Shown: piece by piece, positions 21,723-31,492 of the stretch
Layout: the number at the start of each line of letters is the position of its first letter
Numbering within the stretch: position 1 is the stretch's first letter
Source: Verrucomicrobiota bacterium
GTDB lineage: Bacteria; Verrucomicrobiota; Verrucomicrobiia; Opitutales; Seribacteraceae
Direction: 5' to 3'
DNA length: 64,000 nt
Assembly (NCBI GenBank): GCA_027622665.1
Contig: JAQBYT010000004.1
Span: 128,001-192,000, forward strand
Position numbers and translations under genes: made by a program
The notes under the pieces: generated by a model
The model's input: only the letters and a program-made list of their open reading frames with translations
Told to the model about the DNA's origin: nothing
Database searches by the model: none

Positions 21723-24673
21723 TGCAGAAATAGAAATTCGTTGGCGTTGAAGAGGATCCGGCAGAGTGCGGGGAGACCGTGTTCCTCGAGGTAGGTCTGT
21801 GCATCGTTGGCTTCGTCGGGTTTAGGTGTCCGGCCAAAGGTCCACGCATATGCTCTGGCAATTTGTTTTTTGTGGTCAGCGCCGGCTTCCTTGGCGATTC
21901 GTTCGGCGAAGCGTTGGGATAGGTCGGCCATGAAACCGCTGTTGAAGAGGTTGAGAGCCTGGATCGGGGTGGTGGAGCGGTTGCGGTTGGGCGCGACCTG
22001 ACCTCCGTCGGGGCAGTCGAAGGAGCCGAAGATCGCATCCTGTTCCATGCGGATGCGGAGCGTGTAGATCATCCGACGATAGTCTTGCGGGTCGAATTCA
22101 TCCTTTGGGATCCAGTTGCGGGCGTAATTGGCGTTTGGGACGAAGAGGAGGAAGCCCGGGCCATACATTTTCTGTTCTAGGGCACCAGCGAGAAGCAGTG
22201 CATTGTCCCGAATAGCTTCGGCCTCGAGTCGCCGGGGGGGGAAGCGCCAGAGTAACTCGCTTCCCGCATCCTTGGCTAGCCCATCCTTACGGGGCAGGGA
22301 TGCCTGGCGGTAGGTTTTCGAATGCAGGATGAGGCGGTGGATGTGTTTCACCGACCAACCGTTCTCAACTAATTCGTTAGCCAACCAGTCGAGCAGTTCC
22401 GGATGAGTCGGGCGGAATCCCATATCCCCGAAGTCCGAGGGGGTGGCCACGATCCCACGCCCGAAGTGATAGTGCCAGATACGGTTGACCATGACACGCG
22501 CGGTGAGAGGATTCTTGGGGTCTGTCAGCCACCTGGCGAAGGCTATGCGCCGCTCACGCTCCGGAGCCTCGGGTTTCATGCCGAAGGTTTTCAAGAGCGG
22601 CTTAAGGACGCTCAGGCCATCGGGGGCTACCATTTCCCTCGGGGAGAGCGGATCCCCTCGGTACATGATGCGGGTGGGGGAGGGCTGCCGGAAGGTGCCG
22701 GCATAGATATTCTTTGTGCTTGAGAGGTAGGCAATTTCCTTTTCCAGTTTCTTGAGTTCGGCCAACCAGACCCGGCCCTTTTCGGCATCGGCTTTCGAGT
22801 GGTTGGCGAAATCGTAGTCAGGAGTCGTCGAGGTCTTTTCGTTACCCAAGGGCAGTCGGTCATCTGAGCTTGAAAGCAAGTTCCACTTGCCTGGTTCCGT
22901 GGCTCCTTCGATGCGGTACTTAGTGGGGAGCCTGTCCTTGTAACTCCCAGTCCGATCACGGCCCCATTCGATGCGGTCGATGGTGACGGCTTCGGCTAGT
23001 TCCATCCCAACCCAGCCTTTGCCCATTTGGTTGGAAATCCAGCTTCGGTCATTCCCGTACTTGCCGTCATTAATATGAATGAGCTTATGCTTGGGGTTGT
23101 TGGCGTAGTCGCCCGAAGAGGTCAACTTGGCGCCTGTCGCGACGTTTTTCGAATCCTTCCCCGGGGTCCATAACTCGAGCTCGTCGATGCAGGGTGCGAT
23201 ATTGTTGTGGGTGGCTTCAATCGTGAGGCGTACGTATTTCGCCCGGGCAGGAGGGAAGGTTTCAATGTTTCTGGCAAAATCAACTTGGGAGCGGAAGCCT
23301 GGCTTGGGTCCAGCCGGTTCCTTGCCATTCGATGCCTCAAGGGCAATGACGTCCGCGGTCACCGCCGTGCCGGAACTTCCTCCCCGCAAAACGATCGATG
23401 TTTCCGGATTCAAGTCATGTACTCCGGCATCCTGGAATCCACTCCACAAGGGTTTGCTTAACACCTTCCCCTCACCGTTCGCAAACAACTGCTGGTTAAC
23501 GGTGGCGATGGTCTTTCGATCTTTGTCCGTGGTGGGGATGCCGTCGCCATCCAGTTGATAGAGGGCGTCCTTCGTATGCGTTTCCCATCCGCATCCCCAT
23601 GAAAGCCAGATGCGGTAGCGACCTTTGATTCGTGGACGGTAAACGGCCAGATCCTTGCCCGGTTTTTCGTTCCACCAAGTGTAGGTGCCGCCGCTCAGGT
23701 TGAGGGAACGCTTGTCGTTTCCCGGATCGTTCAGGAAACCCGGTTCGGTGCCTTTGGGGTTAAATCCCTTGCCGGCCGTTTTTTGGAGGAATTCGACTTG
23801 GCCTTTGTTTTCGTCATCGATGAGGACAATCTTTTCCTTGGACTGCGGAAGGAACCCCCTCAGCTTTAGGCGAAGATCAGCTTTCTCCTTATGGAATACT
23901 GCTAATTGCTGTTTCGCCTTCGACGAAGGAGGTATCTTCCGGTCTCCATGCTTCACGCCCTCGAATATCGCCTGCATGGAATAGAAGTCGACTTGCGAAA
24001 TCGGGTCGAACTTATGGTCATGGCAGCGGGCGCAGCCTACGGTCAAGCCCAAGAAGGCTGAGCCTGCGACGCCCACCATGTCGGCCAGTTCATTCGCGCG
24101 TTGTTGCTTGGCCAAGAGGGGATCCTTTCCGCCGACCTGGTCGCTTGGTCCGGCAACGATGAACCCGGTGGCAGCGTCCTGACCCACGGTATCGCCAGCA
24201 ATCTGCTCAAAGACAAACTGGTCGTAAGGCTTGTCCTCGTTGAAGGCTCGGATGACATAGTCGCGATAATGATAGGCATTGGGGCGCTCATGGTTTGTCT
24301 CAAAGCCGGCGCTGTCGGCATAGCGCACGACATCCAACCAGTGGCGGGCCCACCTCTCACCGTAACGGTGGCTGTCGAGAACCGTCTCCACCAACCTCTT
24401 GTAGGCGTCCTCTCCATTGTCCGCGACAAAGGCGTCCACTTCCTCTGGAGTGGGGAGCAATCCAAGCATGTCCAAGTAGATCCGCCGAATCAGTATGCGT
24501 TTGGACGCCTCTTTCGCTTGCTCCAAACCTTTTACCGAAAGCCGTTTCGTTACGAATTCGTCGATGCTCTTCCCAGATGAAGGACGCTCGGGGGGAAGCA
24601 GTGCCCAATGCGTCTTCGCCCCCATCAGGAGCGGGAGAAAAAGAAGGAACGCCAATTGTACTGTTTCGCGCAT
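21719..24673 (-). CDS. DUF1549/DUF1553 cytochrome c domain protein with inserted beta-sandwich (F5/8C-like) domains
   Basis: YGERWARHWLD, CARCHDH and RRLEAEAIRD; the insert contains HINDGKYGNDRSWIS...IDRIEWGR. Confidence 0.9.
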   Translation of the reverse strand: MRETVQLAFLLFLPLLMGAKTHWALLPPERPSSGKSIDEFVTKRLSVKGLEQAKEASKRILIRRIYLDMLGLLPTPEEVDAFVADNGEDAYKRLVETVLDSHRYGERWARHWLDVVRYADSAGFETNHERPNAYHYRDYVIRAFNEDKPYDQFVFEQIAGDTVGQDAATGFIVAGPSDQVGGKDPLLAKQQRANELADMVGVAGSAFLGLTVGCARCHDHKFDPISQVDFYSMQAIFEGVKHGDRKIPPSSKAKQQLAVFHKEKADLRLKLRGFLPQSKEKIVLIDDENKGQVEFLQKTAGKGFNPKGTEPGFLNDPGNDKRSLNLSGGTYTWWNEKPGKDLAVYRPRIKGRYRIWLSWGCGWETHTKDALYQLDGDGIPTTDKDRKTIATVNQQLFANGEGKVLSKPLWSGFQDAGVHDLNPETSIVLRGGSSGTAVTADVIALEASNGKEPAGPKPGFRSQVDFARNIETFPPARAKYVRLTIEATHNNIAPCIDELELWTPGKDSKNVATGAKLTSSGDYANNPKHKLIHINDGKYGNDRSWISNQMGKGWVGMELAEAVTIDRIEWGRDRTGSYKDRLPTKYRIEGATEPGKWNLLSSSDDRLPLGNEKTSTTPDYDFANHSKADAEKGRVWLAELKKLEKEIAYLSSTKNIYAGTFRQPSPTRIMYRGDPLSPREMVAPDGLSVLKPLLKTFGMKPEAPERERRIAFARWLTDPKNPLTARVMVNRIWHYHFGRGIVATPSDFGDMGFRPTHPELLDWLANELVENGWSVKHIHRLILHSKTYRQASLPRKDGLAKDAGSELLWRFPPRRLEAEAIRDNALLLAGALEQKMYGPGFLLFVPNANYARNWIPKDEFDPQDYRRMIYTLRIRMEQDAIFGSFDCPDGGQVAPNRNRSTTPIQALNLFNSGFMADLSQRFAERIAKEAGADHKKQIARAYAWTFGRTPKPDEANDAQTYLEEHGLPALCRILFNANEFLFLQ

Positions 24674-24715
24674 AGATGGATTACGAGTATATTATTAATT
24701 TGAATTTCTCGGCAA

Positions 24716-25990
24716 CTACTCTTTCCCTACGCACCATAAGTATTTTTTGCCCTTCAAAATAAGTTTACTTTCGGAGACGGCTGCCGATGCACGAGAGGAA
24801 TCACCGAGATCCGATTCACCGAGCAGTTCGAACTTCTCCGCCGCCCGAACAACCAGCGTTTTCCCTGCTGAGGCAATGAAGATGATTCCGTCCGAGGTGA
24901 TCACCGGACTGATCGCCGGATCGATTCCCTGAGGTAACCGCTCCTTGAACAATTCCTCGCCGGTGTTGATCCTGACGCATAGCAAAATACCAGGTTGGTT
25001 CATGCGAAACACTAGGTCGCCGTATGCCACTGGCGAACCAAGTCCTGACGGCGCCGGTCCTAGCTTCGTTTTTAGATGGGTGGCCGTGATGTCGCCTGTC
25101 CCTTCGGGGTCGACGATCAGGCCGGGCTGTCCGCCACGACCACCCATGCAGTAAACAAAACCCTTGGTCATTACCGGGGAGGAAACTGGCCAAATGTCAC
25201 GTCCCCATTTGCAGGACCAAATCACCTCGCCGTTGTTCGGGTCGACGCCTTGCAGCGCATGGGTTGCGCTCACCAAAAGCTGGGGGCGACCTTTCACTTG
25301 AGCGAGGACCGGAGTGGCATGGCCAAAGCTGGTTTTTTCGCGCTTGCGCTGCCAGCGTTGCTTGCCGGTGGCAGCATCGAATGCTTGAATCGTCGCTTTG
25401 GAAGACTTGCGATCGGTCAGCAGGATCACCGTGTCGCCGAAAACCATCGGGCTGACCGCCATTGCGACATCGAATGCCGCATGGTCAGGAATAACCTGCG
25501 ACCACACGGGTTTGCCATCGAGGGTTAGGGCATGAAGAATCGATGAACCGAATGCTGCGTAGACACGTTTGCCGTCGCTGGCAGGAGTGGGCGAGGCGTA
25601 ACCTCCCCGCAGGTCGGAAATCGTCCATGGACCCGGTTTTACGATGCGATCCCATAGCTGTTTGCCATCGGCCAAGCGGTAACAGGTGACGTGATGTTCC
25701 GGCTGGGTCGCCTTTCGGTCCGCGTTCGCCGCCCACACGCAACTCGTCACGAAAACACGACCATTTGCTACGATGGGGCTCCCTTGGTTGTGATCCGGGC
25801 TTCCATCGCCAAAGGGCAGGGGAACTTTCCAAAGGATGTTTTCTCCCGTCTTCGCGTCCCAGCGCAGTGGCAGCTTGGTTTCTTCCTGTATGACGCCCAT
25901 GCCGGTCGATCCGCGATAGCCGGGCCAGTCTTCCGCGGTTAACAGGATTGGGAAGAAGAGACTTAGGACAATTACATTATGGATCACCAT
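24716..25990 (-). CDS. PQQ-binding-like beta-propeller protein
   Basis: AEDWPGYRG, NILWKVPL and repeated SP/TP-V...D..TG..W blades; the start is uncertain (25990 or 26053). Confidence 0.85.
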   Translation of the reverse strand: MVIHNVIVLSLFFPILLTAEDWPGYRGSTGMGVIQEETKLPLRWDAKTGENILWKVPLPFGDGSPDHNQGSPIVANGRVFVTSCVWAANADRKATQPEHHVTCYRLADGKQLWDRIVKPGPWTISDLRGGYASPTPASDGKRVYAAFGSSILHALTLDGKPVWSQVIPDHAAFDVAMAVSPMVFGDTVILLTDRKSSKATIQAFDAATGKQRWQRKREKTSFGHATPVLAQVKGRPQLLVSATHALQGVDPNNGEVIWSCKWGRDIWPVSSPVMTKGFVYCMGGRGGQPGLIVDPEGTGDITATHLKTKLGPAPSGLGSPVAYGDLVFRMNQPGILLCVRINTGEELFKERLPQGIDPAISPVITSDGIIFIASAGKTLVVRAAEKFELLGESDLGDSSRASAAVSESKLILKGKKYLWCVGKE

Positions 25991-26132
25991 TTTTGTAATG
26001 ATGCGTTGAGAGGTGAAAGGATCAAGCGTGGAACAGAGCCATTTTTCAATCAATGAATCTGGGGGTGGCTAATGCTCGCTAGGATTTATGACTTTTGTCG
26101 CGTGCGTTTGCCGTTGAGCATGGCGCCGATCA

Positions 26133-29100
26133 TTACTTGTCCAGTTCCTCTTCTGTCCACGGTTTGTCGCGATTCTTTGTCGCCTCTCTTACCGATTTCA
26201 CCTCATGCGGGCTCACCGTGCCGCTCCCTTGCCCGAATTCCTTCCGAATGAAGGTCAGTACATCGGCAATCTGTTTATCGGTTAGGCCGCCCATCGCTGG
26301 CATCGGTACGGAGTTCGGTTTGTCACCATGCACTTGGCCCGCCACGGAGATGGGACCAGTTAAGCCGTGTAGAACGGTTTTGATGAGTCTGGCCTTGTCT
26401 TTGCCGCTAACCCAATCGCTTCCCGCGAGTGGTGGGTAGACGCCTGGTAGGCCCTTGCCTCCGGGTTGATGGCACGCCAGGCAGGCCGTCTCATAAATCT
26501 TTTCTCCTGGTGCTCGTGGTTTTGGAATTTCGCCGAGAAGTCTACGCAAATACTCGCGTTGAACATCGCTGTCCAGAGAAAGCTGGCCATCCGCAAAGGC
26601 CGTGGCCCAATACGACTGGAGGGCACGTGCGCTCTGGCGAATCGCGTAGTCCAGAAAGGGATCGCGCGGTTGATCAAGGGCTGCTGCGACGACTTTAATC
26701 GATTCGGACTGTGGCAGGTAGCTCGTGGCAATGACGGCTTCGAGACGGACGCGGGGATGCTGATCCACGACCCTAGCGTTCAGGAGGCTGAGGGGATCGT
26801 CCAATGCCCCGGCCCACATTCCCGTCACGCGGGTGGCGTAGGCTCGAACTCGGGCGTCCTCCGAGTTCAGAAGACGTTTCAGTAACCCCGGGTGCGGCGA
26901 TTCGTGAGCCTGGAAAATGCCGATCAGTTCGAGTCGTTGCTGATCATTTTCCGCCTTTTCAATCAACGCCGTTGCCGCCGGGATCACGGCCGCCGTCGGG
27001 GCGTCAAACAACAGCCGCTTAGCCTGGTACCGGGTCCAGCGTTCGGGCGATTGCAGCTGGTCGAGCAATTCTGCGGGTGACATCGCGGCGAGGTCGGGTT
27101 GTTTGATGGGATCGCGATTTTTCGCCGTGATCCGCCAGATGCGGCCGTGAGTCATATCGCGTCGGGGATCGGCGTAGCTCGCTTGGTAGTGGCCGATTAC
27201 CGGATTGTACCAATCGGCCAAATACATACCGCCATCCGGACCGACACTAACATCGACAGGACGAAACGCGTTGTTCGATGATTTCAGTAACTTGGGCAGC
27301 TGGGTCGTTTTAAAGCCGGAACCCGCATCTTCGAAACGGTGCAGCTCGACCACGGCTCCGAAATAACCGCCTATCAGAGCGCTGCCCTGAATTTCGTCGG
27401 GCAGGGCGCGGGTGCCGATGATATCGAGCGAAGTCGTCTTGGGTGATGTTTCAAAAAGCGGTCCGACGGAGTGGTATTGTTCGGGCGATGCGCGGTAGGA
27501 AGCGCTGGCCTCGGTTTCCGAACTACTACCCGTCGAGCTGGCCCCGCTTACCATGCCGGGGACAGACCAATAGCCCTGGGGACGGTCGCCGGATTTGTGA
27601 AAAACCTGTCCGTAGTCATCAAAGGCGATACCCCAGCAATTAGCTCCCGCCATTCCGCCGCCGAAAAAGCCTTCTAGCAGCAAGGTTCGCGGATTAAAGC
27701 GCCACAGTGCGGCCCGGTCGAGTCGCTTGATTCCCCAGGGAGTCTCGACTCTCGACATGGCGTGTAGGCCCTGACTGAACCACAACGTGCCGTCCGGACC
27801 GTGGCAGATGCTGTTGATAAGCTGGTGAGTGTCGCCGATCCCAAATCCAGAAAAAATGACACGGTGCTCGTCCGCTTTTCCGTCGCCATCCGTATCGCGC
27901 AGGTGGAGGAGGCGATCGAAATCGCAAACATAAACCCCGCCTTTCCCTCCCCCGGGTTCAACTCCCTGAACCATGGTCAGGCCATCGGCGAAGGTCCACG
28001 ACTTATCGGCCTTGCCGTCGCCATCGGTATCTTCAACGATCTGGATGTAGTCGGAATTGTCCGAGCCGGCGAGAGATTGTGGATAAGACGGCGAGCAGGC
28101 CGCGTAGAGTCGCCCGCGTTCGTCCCAGGCGATTTGCACGGGGTTGACCACACCGTGTTCCTCGGAGGCAAATAGATTGACCTCGTATCCCTCCGCCATC
28201 TCGAAAGTGGCCTGTTGTTCCTCCGGGGTGAGAGCTTTCGAGGCACTGGCATGAGAGGTTTTTCTTTTAGGCAATTTCAGGTGAGTGGCCGATTCGCCAA
28301 GAGCGAGAGCGTGAATCCGAGCGTCAGCGGACTTAACGAGCGGAAGCTGGGCGTTGAAGGCCGCCTGCAGGGAAGACCCCTGTCCACCCGGCTTCCCATA
28401 CATTTGATTGACTCGATCTCCGTAGACGAAGGACCAGTTCGCGGGTCGCCAGCAATCGAACCAGAGCCGGTTTTTGAGGATGACTGCTGTGTTCAATTGT
28501 GGCTTTGATAAAAGGCTTTCCACATCTTGTTCAAGGCTGCCGACAATAGCTCGGCTAACAGTCTTCAATCCGCGGCCCGTGAGATGGACGCCGTTTTCAG
28601 TTCGCCGTTCCCCGGTTAGTCCTGACAGATTCACAAAAACAGCGCCGCGTTGTTTCGCGATCTCTCGGATTGCGTTCGTATAAGCGACGACATCACCATT
28701 CCGATTCGACATATCTGGCGCATGCGAAGCAAGCGGCTTCTCGAAAGGCATTGGCGAGACTAGAACGAGGCGTTTGGTTCGGGCTGCGAATTGATCCAGC
28801 AACCGGTGAAAGGCGGTGATGAACTCGGGTAAACGCTCCATTCCATCGAGCGCTTCCATTTGCCCGAATTGAGCGATCACCATCGTCGCGCCAACCGCTT
28901 CCAATTGCTCCGACCAGGTTCCGAAGTTCAGTTCGCGCCATTGCTGGTAAACCGTGTCCGCCTCCCACGCCATGGGCCGAAAGACGGGCTTTTTATCCGC
29001 GTAGGCCAATCCTAACAAAGACTCAATATTCCCCGCCTTTTGTTCCCGCACGAAATTCTCCTGGCCGGCGAAGACAATCACCTCGTTCTTGCCCACTTTG

Positions 29101-29807
29101 AACTTTCCCTCGGAAAAGGGAGCGAGAGGTGCGGACGGTTGCGCTTTGCCGAAACGCCTCAAAATCAACCCATCGGGCGGAACGGCTGATTTGGGCAAAT
29201 CCTCGATCGTGATATTGCGAAAGGAAATTTCGGCCTTGCAGTCACCGTGAATCTGAAGGGCGATTTTGCCCTCCTTCGCAATTTCCGGGTTCGACTCGCG
29301 GTAGATCGCCGTCCGCTGACCATTGATGAAAAGAAGGATCAGATTTCCATCGGCGATCACTTCGTAGCGATTCCATTTGCCAGTTTTTTCAAGATGTCTG
29401 ACGAACTCCTTATCAGCCTGGGCAAGAAACTTGCGGCGACGTGATTCGTCGTAAAGGCATCCCGTCCAGCCTGCTCCAATATCCGCCTGAAACCCTGACA
29501 TTTCGTTAGGCGGATCGGATATTCGCTCGCTCCGGAACTGCACCCCGCCATTGACGAAACCTTCGGTGCCGACCAACTTGTATTCAAAACGCAAGTGGAA
29601 ATTCCGGTAGGACTCGGTTGTGGCGAGGAACTCGTTTTTGGGATTCCCCGCCATCGAGCCTCCGATGATAACGCCATTCTCAATGTGCCAAACCTTATTC
29701 GTCTCGCCCTCCCAGCCGTTGAAGGTTTTGCCATCAAAAAGGGTGACCGGAGCGGAAAATGTAGCAGTAGTGAGCCAAAAAAATGTGCAGACAAGGCAGA
29801 ATCTCAT
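26133..29807 (-). CDS. PVC-type multidomain protein: DUF1080 + SGNH-like + glucose/sorbosone dehydrogenase-like propeller + HEAT repeats + cytochrome c
   Basis: LFDGKTFNGW...IALQIH, ENGVHL, NPVQIAWDERGR, FRPVDVSVGPDG, PRVRLEA and CLACH...MPAM. Confidence 0.88.
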   Translation of the reverse strand: MRFCLVCTFFWLTTATFSAPVTLFDGKTFNGWEGETNKVWHIENGVIIGGSMAGNPKNEFLATTESYRNFHLRFEYKLVGTEGFVNGGVQFRSERISDPPNEMSGFQADIGAGWTGCLYDESRRRKFLAQADKEFVRHLEKTGKWNRYEVIADGNLILLFINGQRTAIYRESNPEIAKEGKIALQIHGDCKAEISFRNITIEDLPKSAVPPDGLILRRFGKAQPSAPLAPFSEGKFKVGKNEVIVFAGQENFVREQKAGNIESLLGLAYADKKPVFRPMAWEADTVYQQWRELNFGTWSEQLEAVGATMVIAQFGQMEALDGMERLPEFITAFHRLLDQFAARTKRLVLVSPMPFEKPLASHAPDMSNRNGDVVAYTNAIREIAKQRGAVFVNLSGLTGERRTENGVHLTGRGLKTVSRAIVGSLEQDVESLLSKPQLNTAVILKNRLWFDCWRPANWSFVYGDRVNQMYGKPGGQGSSLQAAFNAQLPLVKSADARIHALALGESATHLKLPKRKTSHASASKALTPEEQQATFEMAEGYEVNLFASEEHGVVNPVQIAWDERGRLYAACSPSYPQSLAGSDNSDYIQIVEDTDGDGKADKSWTFADGLTMVQGVEPGGGKGGVYVCDFDRLLHLRDTDGDGKADEHRVIFSGFGIGDTHQLINSICHGPDGTLWFSQGLHAMSRVETPWGIKRLDRAALWRFNPRTLLLEGFFGGGMAGANCWGIAFDDYGQVFHKSGDRPQGYWSVPGMVSGASSTGSSSETEASASYRASPEQYHSVGPLFETSPKTTSLDIIGTRALPDEIQGSALIGGYFGAVVELHRFEDAGSGFKTTQLPKLLKSSNNAFRPVDVSVGPDGGMYLADWYNPVIGHYQASYADPRRDMTHGRIWRITAKNRDPIKQPDLAAMSPAELLDQLQSPERWTRYQAKRLLFDAPTAAVIPAATALIEKAENDQQRLELIGIFQAHESPHPGLLKRLLNSEDARVRAYATRVTGMWAGALDDPLSLLNARVVDQHPRVRLEAVIATSYLPQSESIKVVAAALDQPRDPFLDYAIRQSARALQSYWATAFADGQLSLDSDVQREYLRRLLGEIPKPRAPGEKIYETACLACHQPGGKGLPGVYPPLAGSDWVSGKDKARLIKTVLHGLTGPISVAGQVHGDKPNSVPMPAMGGLTDKQIADVLTFIRKEFGQGSGTVSPHEVKSVREATKNRDKPWTEEELDK

Positions 29808-29984
29808 GATTTCGTTATATTATTTTTGATTTAGATTCAAGACGACTGGAGATTATTTGATTATCTACTGCCATGTTGCCTGACAATCAGTTAAAGGTAC
29901 ATATGACGCTCAAGGGTTTCAGAGGCTAAATTCAGATCTCTATTGAAGTGCTTTTCCTGGGATGCGGAAGCCTCGAAGATTGAA

Positions 29985-30200
29985 GTTGCGCCTGGCGTGT
30001 AGAGATTGCTTGCCGAATTTGTCAGTATTCTTGTCACCAATGCCGTAATTATGTTCGGCGACCTCCGTCTCCTTTGAAATATCCGTAAGTTTTTGGGGCT
30101 TCATATGTAGGCGACAAGCGAGTTCGCATGCCTTGCTGGCGGCATCTAGACGATCGGCGGCAGGAGAGCGGGCTGTTTGAAGTCAAGCTGTTTTAATGCG
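29985..30200 (-). pseudogene. Internal DUF1501 relic
   Basis: My translation DRLDAASKACELACRLHMKPQKLTDISKETEVAEHNYGIGDKNTDKFGKQSLHARR parallels SELEARIKAYEMAAKLQ...FGRQCLLARR in the intact 4695..6131 protein. Confidence 0.7.
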
Positions 30201-30227
30201 GGCTAGCCCCATGCACTCAAGAACACA

Positions 30228-30974
30228 TTAATTCTTTATGATCTCAAGGAGTTCGCATTCGAAGATCAAAGTGTCGCCTGGTTTGATCTTGCCGCCGGGT
30301 CGAGGGTTGTCGCCGTAACCCAACTCGCTTGGGATGTAAATTCGCACCTTGCCGCCGACTTTTACTTTTGTGAGTCCACCGGAGAATCCCTTGATGACGC
30401 CACGCATGGGAAAGCTTGCAGGTTGCTGTCGCTCCACGGAACTGTCAAATACCGTGCCGTCGGTCAATGTTCCGTGATAGTGCAGTCGCACCGTATCGTT
30501 CATGGTGGGATTTGGGCCTGTTCCTTCCTTTAGGATTTCGTAAAGGAATCCGGAAGGATCTTTCAATACGCCTTCCTTTTGCTGCAAGTCGGCAAGGAAT
30601 TGTTTTCCCTTAGCTTTGTTTACAGTAGACGTCTTTGCTCCTGACGATTGCTTGGCCTCACGAGCAATCTCCATCTTCCCTCGCATAATTGCTTCTATTT
30701 TGGGCTGGAGACTTTGTACCTCCGGCGGGATTTCCTTGAGCTTTATTCCTTTTACAATTCCGGATACAATCAACTCGATTTCCTTGTCCGAAAATTCCAT
30801 CCGCGAAAGTCCCGAACCTTGTGCGAACATCATGCCGATGGCTTCGTAAACCTTCTGATCCGGTTGAGGTTCCTTCTCGGCGGCGCTTCCCAATGATGCG
30901 AGTAAAATTGAACTTATTGCGAAAAAGCCCAACGTCTTCATTCCTGCCCTAATTGAATTGGAGTTATTTTTCAT
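30228..30974 (-). CDS. fkpA: FKBP-type peptidyl-prolyl cis-trans isomerase (FkpA/Mip-like)
   Basis: Signal peptide, HYHGTLTDGTVFDSS, VIKGF, IPSELGYG and TLIFECELL. Confidence 0.9.
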   Translation of the reverse strand: MKNNSNSIRAGMKTLGFFAISSILLASLGSAAEKEPQPDQKVYEAIGMMFAQGSGLSRMEFSDKEIELIVSGIVKGIKLKEIPPEVQSLQPKIEAIMRGKMEIAREAKQSSGAKTSTVNKAKGKQFLADLQQKEGVLKDPSGFLYEILKEGTGPNPTMNDTVRLHYHGTLTDGTVFDSSVERQQPASFPMRGVIKGFSGGLTKVKVGGKVRIYIPSELGYGDNPRPGGKIKPGDTLIFECELLEIIKN

Positions 30975-31164
30975 GCAAGAAAACTCGCTTCTGTGGGGAT
31001 CGAGTCAATCGAAATCAACTGATTTCTCTTCTTGAATTATTACGAAAACAATCGCATCGAACTGTGTGCTTGAGTAATAATTGCTGGAGTTGATTCTGAT
31101 CTCTTGTCTTGTTCTGGCGGAAGAGAGCGCGTTAACCTTTTCGAATGCTCGTATTTAACAAACT

Positions 31165-31455
31165 ATGAAACAGACATTCAATCTAGTGCACCCCAAAATC
31201 AAATTTCCCAGGCTTGTGGATGCAGTGAGAGGCGATGTCAACAAATACCTAAAGAGAGAGCGAAGAAAAGAGCTGCCGGAGAAATTCGACTTCTGGGATT
31301 TCGACTGCAAATTCGGCCCGACTGCCGAAGAGGCAAAAGTCATTCATGTGGCTGAAATCGGAAAATTCATTGATGCCGCCGAAGTGGAACAGTTGAAGTC
31401 GTTTTATGTTGAAATTTTGGCCAAGGCAGCTCGTAGGACAAAAAAGCCCAAATGA
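31165..31455 (+). CDS. DUF6172 family protein
   Basis: KYLKRERRKELPE..DFWDFDCKFG and FYVEILAK. Confidence 0.75.
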   Translation: MKQTFNLVHPKIKFPRLVDAVRGDVNKYLKRERRKELPEKFDFWDFDCKFGPTAEEAKVIHVAEIGKFIDAAEVEQLKSFYVEILAKAARRTKKPK

Positions 31456-31492
31456 ATTTCGAAGCGGAAACACCGAAGTCCGCTTTTAAATT

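Noticed and set aside
26088..26103. Similarity to 61207-61223 (atgacttttgtc.cgt), both upstream of PQQ genes
   Set aside because: It is short and gapped, so I cannot distinguish a relic start from chance.
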